The notes beneath the pieces are model-generated. The model was not told the DNA's origin. It did not search any database and saw nothing but the letters and a program-made list of their open reading frames with translations. A program made the position numbers and the translations under genes. Shown here piece by piece: positions 54,837 to 64,000 of a DNA stretch of 64,000 nt; the first letter of the stretch is position 1, and the number at the start of each line of letters is the position of its first letter. Source of the DNA: an uncultured Bacteroidales bacterium (GTDB lineage Bacteria; Bacteroidota; Bacteroidia; Bacteroidales; DASQZP01). The DNA lies in NCBI GenBank assembly GCA_963783315.1, contig CAWAMZ010000018.1, positions 12,107 to 76,106 of the forward strand, in the 5' to 3' direction.

Positions 54837-56585
54837 ATGTCTCTACTGGAAAGGATAACTGGTATGTTTTCTGTTAAAACCACTAAAACAGAAAATACTG
54901 AGGAACAAACCAAAAAACTAATGTTAATTAGCACATTTAGCATTATATCACTGGTTTTCTTTGTTATTTTTGATTTAATCGCCATCGTCAGACAGGACTG
55001 GCTGCACACTTCATTATTATCAGCTGGTTCAGTTGTTCTTCTCATAAATCTGCTCCTTCTCAGAAAACGTTTCAACCTCAAAATTACAACCTGGACACTA
55101 TTTCTTATAATTTCTGTTATTATTCTGGTGCTCCAGATTACAGGAGGCACATCAGACACTGGTTATATCTGGCTGTTCACTTATCCCGTACTTTCTATTT
55201 TTCTGCTGGGCATAAGAAAAGGCTCGGTTACCTCAGCCTTAATGCTCTTATTTTCAGTGATTCTATATTTTCTACCTGTAAGTAATTTTTATCTAACCAT
55301 TGATGCAGTCGCAATCATCAGGATATTCGCATCATATACTGCACTATATTTACTTACCTTTTTGTATGAATATATCAGGATCAGAAACCTGAACACACTT
55401 GAATTAAAAATCACTGAAGCCAGAGAGGATCGTAAGATCAGAGATGAATTCATTTCGAAACTCTCACACCAGATCAGGACACCCCTAAATAATATTATGG
55501 TGCTTGGCAATCTGGTAAGTCAGTCAAATCTCGACGAAAATCAGAAGGATCAGATAGATACAATAATTGCTTCCGCCAACAACCTGGTAAACGTAGTAAA
55601 CAATATTGTTAAGGTTTCTTCATCGGAAATAACTGATTATAAGGAGAATATTACCACTTTTAATCTTTCATCAACTATAAATAATATTGTCAGGTTTTTC
55701 AGGGAGCATTACGAGGGAATCGTTAATCTTACTTCCGATATTAACCCCGATATTCAGGATGAAATGGTTGGAGATCCTGTTAAGCTAAAACAGATACTCC
55801 TGAATTTGATTGAGAATATCACCAAACAATATGATCAGGAGCCGGTGAATATAATTATCCGCATGCACCATTTCCGGAGCAGGGGTGAACAAATCGAGTT
55901 ATTTACCGAAATAGAAGTTGACAGAAAATTAAAAGTAATTACTGAAAGACGTGAGACATTTGCACTTGAAAGTATGTACTTCAACAGGAACAATAACGGC
56001 CCGGGCACTGTTGATCTGAATATAGTAAAACGCATTATTGAAAAAACAGGTGGAAAGCTGCAAATTAAAACACATCCGTCATCGACCATTCTGGCTTTCC
56101 CGCTGGTTTTCAGAATAGCCATACATGAGGAAACAACTGATGGCAGGGAAAGGAAGAACTACCAGCCCAAAATCACTCAGAGCCGTAAGGTAGACCTGCA
56201 GGATGCTAATATTTTACTGGTGGAAGATAACCTGATCAATCAGAAGATTGTAATTCTGAGCTTGAAAAAAACGGTGAAGAATATTGATATAGCCAATAAT
56301 GGTAAAGAAGCCCTGGATAAATTCGGGAATGCAAAATATGATCTGATACTGATGGATATTCAAATGCCTATCATGGATGGTATCATCGCCACCAAAAAGA
56401 TAAGGGAAATTGAAGAAAGTACCAGCACACATACTCCCATAATTGCCATAACGGCCAATGCCCTTGCCGGTGACAAGGAAACCTGTCTGGCTGCAGGTAT
56501 GAACGACTATGTAAGCAAGCCTTTCCATGTTGAAATCCTGCTGCAGAAAATGCGGGATTTGCTTACCGAAACTGCTGCAAACTGA
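54837..56585 (+). CDS. hybrid sensor histidine kinase / response regulator with a multi-TM N-terminal sensor
   Basis: About 6 TM helices, the H-box FISKLSHQIRTPLN, an HATPase region, and a C-terminal receiver (ILLVEDN, LILMDIQMP, ITANAL). The listed ORF opens on a TTG, and the start is moved to ATG 54837. Confidence 0.85.
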   Translation: MSLLERITGMFSVKTTKTENTEEQTKKLMLISTFSIISLVFFVIFDLIAIVRQDWLHTSLLSAGSVVLLINLLLLRKRFNLKITTWTLFLIISVIILVLQITGGTSDTGYIWLFTYPVLSIFLLGIRKGSVTSALMLLFSVILYFLPVSNFYLTIDAVAIIRIFASYTALYLLTFLYEYIRIRNLNTLELKITEAREDRKIRDEFISKLSHQIRTPLNNIMVLGNLVSQSNLDENQKDQIDTIIASANNLVNVVNNIVKVSSSEITDYKENITTFNLSSTINNIVRFFREHYEGIVNLTSDINPDIQDEMVGDPVKLKQILLNLIENITKQYDQEPVNIIIRMHHFRSRGEQIELFTEIEVDRKLKVITERRETFALESMYFNRNNNGPGTVDLNIVKRIIEKTGGKLQIKTHPSSTILAFPLVFRIAIHEETTDGRERKNYQPKITQSRKVDLQDANILLVEDNLINQKIVILSLKKTVKNIDIANNGKEALDKFGNAKYDLILMDIQMPIMDGIIATKKIREIEESTSTHTPIIAITANALAGDKETCLAAGMNDYVSKPFHVEILLQKMRDLLTETAAN

Positions 56586-56784
56586 GATTATCCGGACCGG
56601 CCCTCCCTCTGCTATGATTAATTTCTATAAGGAAACTTTTCCGGTATAAAAAGCATGGTATCCTTTTGCTGTCAATCGCCGAATCAGAAAACAGAAGAAT
56701 CACAAAATTTCATATCAATGCCGGAACAGAACTAAAAAACTGACACTGCCGCAATGTTTGTTTCTGAATGTTGATTTAAAAATG

Positions 56785-56792
56785 TAATTTTG
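56785..56792 (+). promoter_or_regulatory. candidate -7 promoter box (TAATTTTG) for ychF
   Basis: Exact TAnnTTTG match 27 nt upstream of ATG 56819. Confidence 0.35.
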
Positions 56793-56818
56793 CAGCACAA
56801 CAATAAAAAGTATAGAAT

Positions 56819-57916
56819 ATGTCATTACAATGTGGAATAATCGGGATTACAAATATTGGGAAAACCACGCTTTTTAACTGTATATCAAGTACTAAAGCCC
56901 AATCCACAAATTTTGCATTTAGCTCAAATAAATCAAACATCGGGATGATCAATGTTCCCGATAAAAGACTGTATGAGCTGGAAAAATTACAGCCCACAGA
57001 AAAGATTGTACCTGCAACGGTAGAAATTGTTGATATACCCGGCCTTACCAAAGGAGCTAACAAAGGTGAAGGAGTGGGAAACAAGTTCCTTGCTGATATT
57101 CGTAATACAGATGCACTTATACATGTGTTGCGTTGCTTTGATGATGAAAACCTGCCTCATATTGATGGTAGTGTTGATCCTGTCAGGGACATGGAAACAG
57201 TTGACTTTGAGCTGCAACTCAAGGACCTGGAATCAATAGAGAAAAAAATACTGAAGGTTGAAAAACTGGTAAAAGTCGGAGACAAAGAAGCCAAACAACA
57301 GCTTGAGATCCTGAATATTTACAAAAACCAACTTGAATCATTTCAGAATGCACGAACTGCTCCTGTAGATGAGGACGGCCAGCATGTGATTGATGATCTT
57401 TTTCTGCTCACCATGAAACCTGTTTTATATGTTTGTAATGTTGATGAAAAGTCAGCAGTTAACGGAAACAAATATGTTGAACTGGTAAGAGAGGCGCTTA
57501 AAGACAGAGACAGCGACCTAATCGTGATTGCAGCAGGGCTTGAAGCCGAAATTGCCGAGCTTGAAAGCGAAGAAGACAGAATGGAATTTTTGCAGGATGT
57601 TGGTTTACACGAACCCGGCGTTAATCGCCTGATCAGGTCTGCCTATTCACTGCTCGACCTGATGTCTTTTTTCACTGTAGGCCCAAAGGAAATCAGAGCC
57701 TGGACTATCAAACGCGGCATGACAGCGCCACAGGCTGCCGGTGTTATACACAGTGACCTGGAAAGGGGATTCATCCGTGCAGAAGTGATGAAATACGATG
57801 ATTTTATAACGCTGAAATCAGAACATGCCTGCAAGGAAAAAGGAAAACTGTTTGTCGAAGGAAAAAATTATGTTGTGGGTGACGGGGATATCCTGCATAT
57901 CCGGTTTAATGTGTAA
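56819..57916 (+). CDS. ychF: redox-regulated ribosome-binding ATPase YchF
   Basis: Obg-family P-loop GITNIGKTTLFN, DIPGL, a coiled-coil insert, and the C-terminal TGS-like YchF domain (GFIRAEV ... DGDILHIRFNV). Confidence 0.9.
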   Translation: MSLQCGIIGITNIGKTTLFNCISSTKAQSTNFAFSSNKSNIGMINVPDKRLYELEKLQPTEKIVPATVEIVDIPGLTKGANKGEGVGNKFLADIRNTDALIHVLRCFDDENLPHIDGSVDPVRDMETVDFELQLKDLESIEKKILKVEKLVKVGDKEAKQQLEILNIYKNQLESFQNARTAPVDEDGQHVIDDLFLLTMKPVLYVCNVDEKSAVNGNKYVELVREALKDRDSDLIVIAAGLEAEIAELESEEDRMEFLQDVGLHEPGVNRLIRSAYSLLDLMSFFTVGPKEIRAWTIKRGMTAPQAAGVIHSDLERGFIRAEVMKYDDFITLKSEHACKEKGKLFVEGKNYVVGDGDILHIRFNV

Positions 57917-57958
57917 AACTGATCCTCACATTGAAAATATAACCTCATCTTTGGCATC

Positions 57959-59692
57959 ATGAACACTCCGTCCGTTTTGGTTTCAATTATGAAAAGCATC
58001 AGTTACAGCGGAGTGATTTCTTTAAGGAGAGCCGCCTTACTTTGTTCTTTGGTGAGTTTTTCTATTCTCGTCACAGCCCAGCCGGACAGCATCAACGATA
58101 TTTTGCAGGCAAGAGGAGAAATTTATTTTTCATTTCGGGTTCCCGGGAATATCCCCCTGAAAGAAATTTCAACAAAGATTTCTATCACTTCACTCCGGAA
58201 TGATTCGGTTTTTGCTTTTGCAAACAAAAAACAGTTTGAGTCATTCAAACTCCTCAACATCTCCTTTAAGCTGCAAAATCCCTTGCCTGATTTAATAAGC
58301 TGGAATACTAAACTTAAAACCGGCGAAATCCCGGCATCGTATCCTCATTACGAAAGCTACGTTCGGATAATGGAGAAATTTGCTGAACAGTATCCTGCAC
58401 TGTGTAAATTATATGAAATCGGCACAACGATAAACGGGCACAAACTACTGGTGCTGAAAATCTCTGACAATGCCAATGAAGAGGAAACGGAACCTGCAGT
58501 TTTTTATACTTCCACCATGCATGGAAACGAGACTGCCGGATTTGTGCTTCTGCTCAGACTTGCCGACACATTGCTTTCTTCTTATTCTGGCAGTTCCGGA
58601 ATTAAAAAACTGGTAGACAATCTTGAAATTTATATAAATCCTCTCGCAAACCCTGATGGAACCTATTTTGGCGGTGACTCCACCGTTTTGCAGGCTACCC
58701 GCTATAATGCCAATCACCTGGACCTGAACAGAAACTTTCCTGATCCGGAATATGGATTACATCCCGATGAAGAAGAATGGCAGCCGGAAACCAAAGCCAT
58801 GATGGATTTTATGAAATCTCACCCGGTTGATCTTTCAGTAAATTTTCATACAGGTGCCGAAGTTGTGAATTATCCCTGGGATTCATGGCCCCGGGATCAT
58901 GCGGATAACGACTGGTATGTCGCCCTCTCACGGGAATATGCCGACACAGCAATTGCCTGTGGAACAAATTATTTTTCATCTCCGATGTTTGACAGGGGGA
59001 TCATCAAAGGATACGACTGGTATTCCATCAGTGGCGGCAGACAGGATTATGTAAATTATTACCTGCATGGCAGGGAGGTAACCATCGAACTATACAACAG
59101 CTTTATTCCCGATCCAGCTCTCCTGTCGCAGCTCTGGAAATACAACAAGCGTTCCCTGCTTCATTACATGGAGAATGCCCTGTATGGTGTAAGCGGCATT
59201 ATCACAGATTCAGTTACCAGGCAACCTGTGCGGGCCATGATCAGCATACCCGGACAAGACAGAGACAGTTCGGAGGTATATTCCAGAAAAGATTTCGGAG
59301 ATTATTACAGACTGTTGCCGGAAGGCTCCTATACATTTGAAATTTCAGCCAACGGCTATCAAACCAAAACACAATCAGATATAGAAGTTAAGAAAAATTC
59401 CAATTCCAGGCTGAATGTATCTCTGTCTCCTGTCAGGACAAATATTCAAACATTTAAAGTTGGAAATTTTTATAAAACAGGACCAAACCCCTTCAGGAAT
59501 TACATACAAATCACAAAGCTTAAAGAGACCAATGTTAAGAGTATAAACCTGTATACGCCAAATGGAATAAAAATCAAAGAGTTTGACCATCCCGGCATTA
59601 TTTATACCGGCGATTTAGGTCCGGGAATATACCTGCTTGAAATTAACGATGAAGCAGGCCTGCATTCATTCAGTCTGATCAAAGATCAGTAA
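57959..59692 (+). CDS. M14 zinc carboxypeptidase with CarboxypepD_reg-like domain and T9SS C-terminal sorting domain
   Basis: Zinc motif STMHGNETAG and NPDG..., then a beta-sandwich (GVSGIITDSVTRQP ... GSYTFEISANGYQ). The final 80 aa or so resemble a type-A Por secretion tail (NPFRNYIQI ... GIYLLEINDEAGLHSFSLIK). Confidence 0.8.
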   Translation: MNTPSVLVSIMKSISYSGVISLRRAALLCSLVSFSILVTAQPDSINDILQARGEIYFSFRVPGNIPLKEISTKISITSLRNDSVFAFANKKQFESFKLLNISFKLQNPLPDLISWNTKLKTGEIPASYPHYESYVRIMEKFAEQYPALCKLYEIGTTINGHKLLVLKISDNANEEETEPAVFYTSTMHGNETAGFVLLLRLADTLLSSYSGSSGIKKLVDNLEIYINPLANPDGTYFGGDSTVLQATRYNANHLDLNRNFPDPEYGLHPDEEEWQPETKAMMDFMKSHPVDLSVNFHTGAEVVNYPWDSWPRDHADNDWYVALSREYADTAIACGTNYFSSPMFDRGIIKGYDWYSISGGRQDYVNYYLHGREVTIELYNSFIPDPALLSQLWKYNKRSLLHYMENALYGVSGIITDSVTRQPVRAMISIPGQDRDSSEVYSRKDFGDYYRLLPEGSYTFEISANGYQTKTQSDIEVKKNSNSRLNVSLSPVRTNIQTFKVGNFYKTGPNPFRNYIQITKLKETNVKSINLYTPNGIKIKEFDHPGIIYTGDLGPGIYLLEINDEAGLHSFSLIKDQ

Positions 59693-59902
59693 ACATCTCT
59701 TTATCTTTTTAATTTCACTTAAACTCTTGATAATTCCTCTATCCATTCTGAGAAAATTCTTTAGGGTTCACATAAACCACCTGGTGTAGGAAAATTTTTC
59801 TGAATGAAAAAAACTTCCGTCATACTATAATTTTTAACTCATAACGCTGTTTTAAATGAGAGTGGGAATCTAAAAAGAATTACCAGTTTTGTCCGAAAAC
59901 TC

Positions 59903-59910
59903 TATTTTTG
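59903..59910 (+). promoter_or_regulatory. candidate -7 promoter box (TATTTTTG) for the phosphatase-family gene
   Basis: Exact TAnnTTTG match 57 nt upstream of ATG 59967. Confidence 0.3.
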
Positions 59911-59966
59911 TGAGGACAAAAGATATTCACTTAACAGATTGTAAAATTTAAAAAAGAAATTAAGGA

Positions 59967-61613
59967 ATGAGAAGCCGGATTTTAATGCTTACTGCAAGTT
60001 TACTATTAGCAACCACATTGTTTGCACAGGACCATCAGCGCATCCCATCAGAGAAGCCCCGGCTGGTAATTGGTATTGTAGTAGAGCAGATGCGGTACGA
60101 TTATATATACCGGTTCTGGGATAAATTTGGTGATGACGGATTTAAACGGTTAATGAATGAAGGAACATTTTGTAACAATGCCCGGTATAATTATATGTTT
60201 ACCCAGACTTCCCCGGGATATGCCACCATCATGACCGGGAGTAATCCATCCACTCATGGTATAGTAAGTGACGAATGGTATGTCCGCCTGCAGGACAGAA
60301 AAGTGAGCAGCACTTATGATCAAACCGCCAATCCGATTGGAGGCAGTTATGAGGACGGCCACCATTCACCAAAAAACCTGGTGGCCTCAACTTATACGGA
60401 TGAATTAAGTCTTTCCAATAATTTCAAATCAAAAATAGTTGGTATTGGCATCCTTCCTGAAGCAGCAGTTTTTGGAGCAGGCCACACAGCCAATGAAGCA
60501 TACTGGTATGATCCGGTTACGGGCACCTGGATGTCAAGCAGTTACTATATGAATACATTACCGGAATGGGTCAAGGCTTTCAATGAAAAAAAACTTGCCG
60601 ACACTTACCTTGACAGAATCTGGGAACCCCTGTTGCCCGCCGATCAGTATACCGAGGGGCTCACCGACACCAATAAATACGAGACCGGTTTTGAAGGGCA
60701 GAATCACTTCCCTTATAACCTAAAAGCAATGAGCACCATAAGCCGGAAGAAAAGAAACTATGCCCTGCTGCCCTCTACTCCATTTTCAATTAATCTTACC
60801 AAAGACTTTGCAATTGATGCTATTATTGAAGACAGTCTGGGTATGGATAATTATACTGATGTGTTGCAGATTGGTTTTGCTTCTCCGGGCATTATCAGCA
60901 GGAATTTTGGTCTGACCTCGGTTGAACTCATGGATGCCTATCTTCGTCTGGATGCCGAGCTGGCTCATTTTCTGTCTTTTATTGATGATCACCTGGGCAA
61001 GGAAAATGTACTTGTTTATCTTACCTCGGATCATGGCATTTCTCAAATCCCGTCCTACATGAAAGATGTGCGAATTCCATCAGGATACTTCAACTACAAT
61101 CAGGCAACTGCTTTGCTTATTAGTTACCTGAATATTGTTTACGGACATGGTAACTGGATAAAATCTTATGACAACCAGCAGATTTACCTGAACAGACAAC
61201 TTATAGAAGATTCAAAAATTTCACTTGAGGAGATACAAAATACGGTAGCCCGGTTCATGCTGCAATTTACAGGTGTGGCCAACACGGTAACCTCAACAAC
61301 ACTTTCAGAAATTGATTTTACAAAAGGCATTTTTGAACAGATGCAGAACAGTTACAACCAGAATCGTTCAGGAGATGTTATGATAAATCTCCAACCGGGA
61401 TGGATTGAAAAGACGCAATATGCCACCAAGAATAATTCACCGTACAACTATGACACACATGTACCATTAATATGGTACGGGTGGAAAATTAAACGGGGAG
61501 TAATTAATGAACCAGTTTCAATGACCAGCATCGCCCCTACCCTTTCTTCATTACTGAAAATCTCATTCCCAAATGCTGCGAGTGGAAAACCGATAATTTC
61601 GCTTTTGCATTGA
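59967..61613 (+). CDS. alkaline-phosphatase-superfamily enzyme (nucleotide pyrophosphatase/phosphodiesterase-like)
   Basis: Signal peptide, the metal-site-like segments TQTSPGYATIMTG and YLTSDHG, and 548 aa. Confidence 0.7.
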   Translation: MRSRILMLTASLLLATTLFAQDHQRIPSEKPRLVIGIVVEQMRYDYIYRFWDKFGDDGFKRLMNEGTFCNNARYNYMFTQTSPGYATIMTGSNPSTHGIVSDEWYVRLQDRKVSSTYDQTANPIGGSYEDGHHSPKNLVASTYTDELSLSNNFKSKIVGIGILPEAAVFGAGHTANEAYWYDPVTGTWMSSSYYMNTLPEWVKAFNEKKLADTYLDRIWEPLLPADQYTEGLTDTNKYETGFEGQNHFPYNLKAMSTISRKKRNYALLPSTPFSINLTKDFAIDAIIEDSLGMDNYTDVLQIGFASPGIISRNFGLTSVELMDAYLRLDAELAHFLSFIDDHLGKENVLVYLTSDHGISQIPSYMKDVRIPSGYFNYNQATALLISYLNIVYGHGNWIKSYDNQQIYLNRQLIEDSKISLEEIQNTVARFMLQFTGVANTVTSTTLSEIDFTKGIFEQMQNSYNQNRSGDVMINLQPGWIEKTQYATKNNSPYNYDTHVPLIWYGWKIKRGVINEPVSMTSIAPTLSSLLKISFPNAASGKPIISLLH

Positions 61614-61632
61614 TTATTAAAATACAAGCACT

Positions 61633-61667
61633 AAAAAAAGGCCGGTTTGAAAACCGGCCTTTTTTTA
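61633..61667 (+). terminator. rho-independent terminator (bidirectional architecture)
   Basis: AAAAAAA-GGCCGGTT-TGAA-AACCGGCC-TTTTTTT read directly. Confidence 0.85.
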
Positions 61668-62305
61668 CTAACTAAACCAACCAAAACTACTAATTTAAAC
61701 TATCTATAAACTCTAATTCCTTCATTATTTTTTTCAATTTTCATGCCAAACAATAAATTTACGGCAGCAAAAACATTTTGTTACAATTATTCGATATTAC
61801 TTATTAACACCAATTTGTAAATAAACCAGGGTGAAAAATAAGTAAACTTAGCGAATGGCAATACATGCCACTTCTGCCAGCAGGAAACGGTACCGCATGC
61901 CAATCAAAAAGCCTTTCTGCAGTTAATGGTTCAAAGCAATTTTGTGTGGCACCAGGCATCATTTCAAAATGTATCGTTGCATTTATTGCATCAATTAATC
62001 AGTACTATTTGTTGCATGAGTTTCGCAATGACTGCAGGTATCACTTATTTATGATCACAATATAAATTATAGGAGTATGCAGGTAGGGCAAGAATGTTCA
62101 AAATATCAGTAAATTGGCAGATCATATGAATTATGAGAAATTTACTCCTTAATCAAAGCCCCTCCAAACATGAGTAAAATCATGTGACAGTCTGTTATAT
62201 AACAATTTTTATTCATCTTTAAAAATGTAAATTTACTGCGTTAATAATAAAAAAGAGCGCGGTAACAGAGCCGCATTAATTCACACATTTAAAAAATTAC
62301 CAGAT

Positions 62306-63643
62306 ATGAATGTAGACCAGATAATGAATGATCTGATTAAGAAGTACCCCGGTGAAGTTGAATATCACCAGGCTGTAAGAGAAGTACTTGAATCGATCGA
62401 AGAGGTGTACAATGACAACCCACAATTTGATTCTGCCAATATTATTGAAAGGATTATTGAACCCGACCGCGTTCTTACCTTCAAAGTACCCTGGACAGAT
62501 GATGAAGGCAAGATCCACGTCAATCGTGGCTATCGCATTCAGTTCAACAATGCCATTGGGCCCTATAAAGGCGGGCTTCGTTTCCACCCGAGTGTAAACC
62601 TGAGTATTTTAAAATTCCTGGGTTTTGAACAGATTTTTAAAAACAGTCTGACCACCCTGCCCATGGGTGGGGCCAAAGGCGGCTCTGATTTTGATCCCAA
62701 AGGTAAATCCGATGCTGAGATCATGCGTTTCTGCCAGGCTTTCATGCTGGAATTGTGGAGGATAATTGGCCCGTCAACCGATGTCCCTGCCGGTGATATT
62801 GGAGTAGGCGGCCGTGAAATAGGTTATTTATACGGTATGTACCGCAAACTAGCTCATGAGAACACTGGTGTGCTTACAGGAAAAGGACTAAACTGGGGGG
62901 GCAGTCTGATCCGTCCCGAAGCTACTGGTTTTGGTAATGTATATTTTGCCAAAGAAATGCTGGCAACCATAGGAGAGTCGTTTGAAGGAAAAACAGTTGC
63001 CATTTCCGGTTTTGGAAATGTTGCCTGGGGTGCTGCCAAAAAAGCTACTGAGTTAGGAGCAAAAGTCGTAACTCTTTCAGGACCTGACGGGTATGTTTAC
63101 GACCCCGAAGGTATATCAGGAGAAAAAATTGATTTTATGCTTGAGCTGCGGGCTACCAATGAAGATATTGTTCGTCCGTTCTCTTATGAATTTCCTTCAG
63201 CTGAATTCCATCAGGGCAAACATCCCTGGGAAGTAAAATGCGATATTGCACTGCCCTGCGCAACGCAGAACGAACTGAACAAGGAAGATGCTGTTAAGCT
63301 CGTGAATAATGGCTGTATTTGTGTTTGTGAAGCGGCCAATATGCCCTGCACTCCGGAAGCAATTGAAGTATTCCAGGAGCATAAGATCCTTTTTGCGCCG
63401 GGAAAAGCAGCCAATGCTGGTGGTGTGGCTACTTCCGGACTGGAAATGGCTCAGAATTCAATGAAGATCAACTGGTCAAGAGAAGAAGTAGATGACCGGC
63501 TGCATCATATTATGACCAGCATTCATTCGGCCTGTGTTGAAAACGGAACAAACGCTGACGGGTATGTTGACTATGTAAAAGGAGCCAATATTGCCGGTTT
63601 CCTTAAGGTAGCCAATGCAATGCTTGATCAGGGAATTATCTGA
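62306..63643 (+). CDS. gdhA: NADP-specific glutamate dehydrogenase
   Basis: 445-aa hexameric GDH pattern: GPYKGGLRFHPSV, PMGGAKGGSDFDP, and GFGNVAWG (the nucleotide-binding glycine loop). Confidence 0.95.
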   Translation: MNVDQIMNDLIKKYPGEVEYHQAVREVLESIEEVYNDNPQFDSANIIERIIEPDRVLTFKVPWTDDEGKIHVNRGYRIQFNNAIGPYKGGLRFHPSVNLSILKFLGFEQIFKNSLTTLPMGGAKGGSDFDPKGKSDAEIMRFCQAFMLELWRIIGPSTDVPAGDIGVGGREIGYLYGMYRKLAHENTGVLTGKGLNWGGSLIRPEATGFGNVYFAKEMLATIGESFEGKTVAISGFGNVAWGAAKKATELGAKVVTLSGPDGYVYDPEGISGEKIDFMLELRATNEDIVRPFSYEFPSAEFHQGKHPWEVKCDIALPCATQNELNKEDAVKLVNNGCICVCEAANMPCTPEAIEVFQEHKILFAPGKAANAGGVATSGLEMAQNSMKINWSREEVDDRLHHIMTSIHSACVENGTNADGYVDYVKGANIAGFLKVANAMLDQGII

Positions 63644-63659
63644 TATTAATTACATCTGT

Positions 63660-63702
63660 AAAAAAGAGGCAGTCATTATTATGTGAACTGCCTCTTTTTT
63701 TA
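63660..63702. terminator. rho-independent terminator of gdhA (A-tract upstream makes it potentially bidirectional)
   Basis: AAAAA-AGAGGCAGT (63665-73) ... ACTGCCTCT (63687-95)-TTTTTT. Confidence 0.85.
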
Positions 63703-63780
63703 TAAAAACAAGCTTTCCCCACTGTCGTCGCAGGACCATTTGTGATTTCTGTCTGTTCATTACTGTATCTGTAACTGTCA

Positions 63781-63969
63781 GTTTTCAATTCCTCACCGGC
63801 ATTCTTATATTCCTCACCACCGTTTTTCAATTCTTCACTAACGTTCTTCTATTCCTCACAATCATTCTTATATTCCTCACCACCGTTTTTCAATTCTTCA
63901 CCAACGTTCTTCTTTTCCTCAAGGTTATTCTCCTGTGCCTCACAATAATTCCCTATTGCCTCATAAAAA
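63781..63969. repeat. tandem array of nine 21-nt units with conserved core TTCCTCAC (minus strand GTGAGGAA) and a 63-nt super-period
   Basis: Phased by hand. The cores at unit positions 9-16 are TTCCTCAC x4, TTCTTCAC x2, TTCCTCAA, TGCCTCAC and TGCCTCAT. Bases 63802-63843 recur at 63865-63906 with 41/42 identity. Every reading frame is either interrupted by a stop or lacks a start codon. Confidence 0.9.
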
Positions 63970-64000
63970 AACCAAAGCCCTGCTAATAAGCAAGGCTTTG
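63965..64000 (-). terminator. terminator-like hairpin for a minus-strand gene beyond the right edge (may be truncated by the window)
   Basis: CAAAGCC (63973-79) / GGCTTTG (63994-64000) with inner TGCT/AGCA pairing. On the minus strand it is followed by TTTTTTT (63965-71). Confidence 0.5.

Noticed and set aside
61865-62065. The listed 66-aa ORF upstream of gdhA. The 78-aa ORF at 54574..54810 upstream of the histidine kinase is a similar case.
   Set aside because: Both sit in AT-rich promoter-type DNA, lack recognisable motifs, and have odd composition (Cys/Ile/Asn-rich). They are most likely chance ORFs.
63636-63830. The listed 64-aa minus-strand ORF (MKNGGEEYKNAGEELKTD...) reading through the 21-nt repeats.
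   Set aside because: It opens on a TTG just after an in-frame TAG and runs straight through the gdhA terminator hairpin. Its only protein-like feature is the repeat itself. It is treated as non-coding repeat DNA.
1-64000. Mobile elements, prophage remnants, CRISPR arrays, toxin-antitoxin or defence-system gene sets.
   Set aside because: No transposase, integrase, recombinase, nuclease-ATPase pair, short-repeat/spacer array or compositional island was seen. Gene content and composition look uniformly like core chromosome.

Overview
This is an AT-rich chromosomal segment with clear Bacteroidota hallmarks. It carries the gldA/gldF/gldG gliding-motility ABC genes, a T9SS C-terminal sorting domain on an M14 peptidase, a Na+-NQR operon, and recurrent TAnnTTTG -7 promoter boxes just upstream of genes. 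I call about 50 protein-coding genes, and nearly all are recognisable core functions. These include lysA, nqrABCDEF-apbE, hutH, hisS, ettA, folE/queD, two superoxide dismutases, thrA-HAD-thrC-thrH, fabD, ychF, gdhA and envelope/glycosyltransferase genes. I saw no rRNA, tRNA, CRISPR array, transposase, integrase or phage genes, so this looks like core genome rather than an accessory island. The points most worth a second look are: (1) a tandem array of four PorE-like (TPR + PD40 propeller) envelope paralogs with different C-terminal anchoring modules at 20.1-28.0 kb. (2) A textbook Trp leader-peptide attenuator in front of a stand-alone trpB2. (3) A threonine operon that carries thrH and a HAD phosphatase but no canonical thrB. 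(4) Several non-coding structures not explained by the genes. These are a 9-unit 21-nt tandem repeat array boxed between two terminators at the right edge, a 125-nt nested inverted-repeat element after lysA, a GC-rich rod-like element between sodA and the gld operon, and a perfect 25-bp tandem duplication upstream of nqrA. All functional calls rest on motif recognition by eye and recalled family knowledge. No database search was run.
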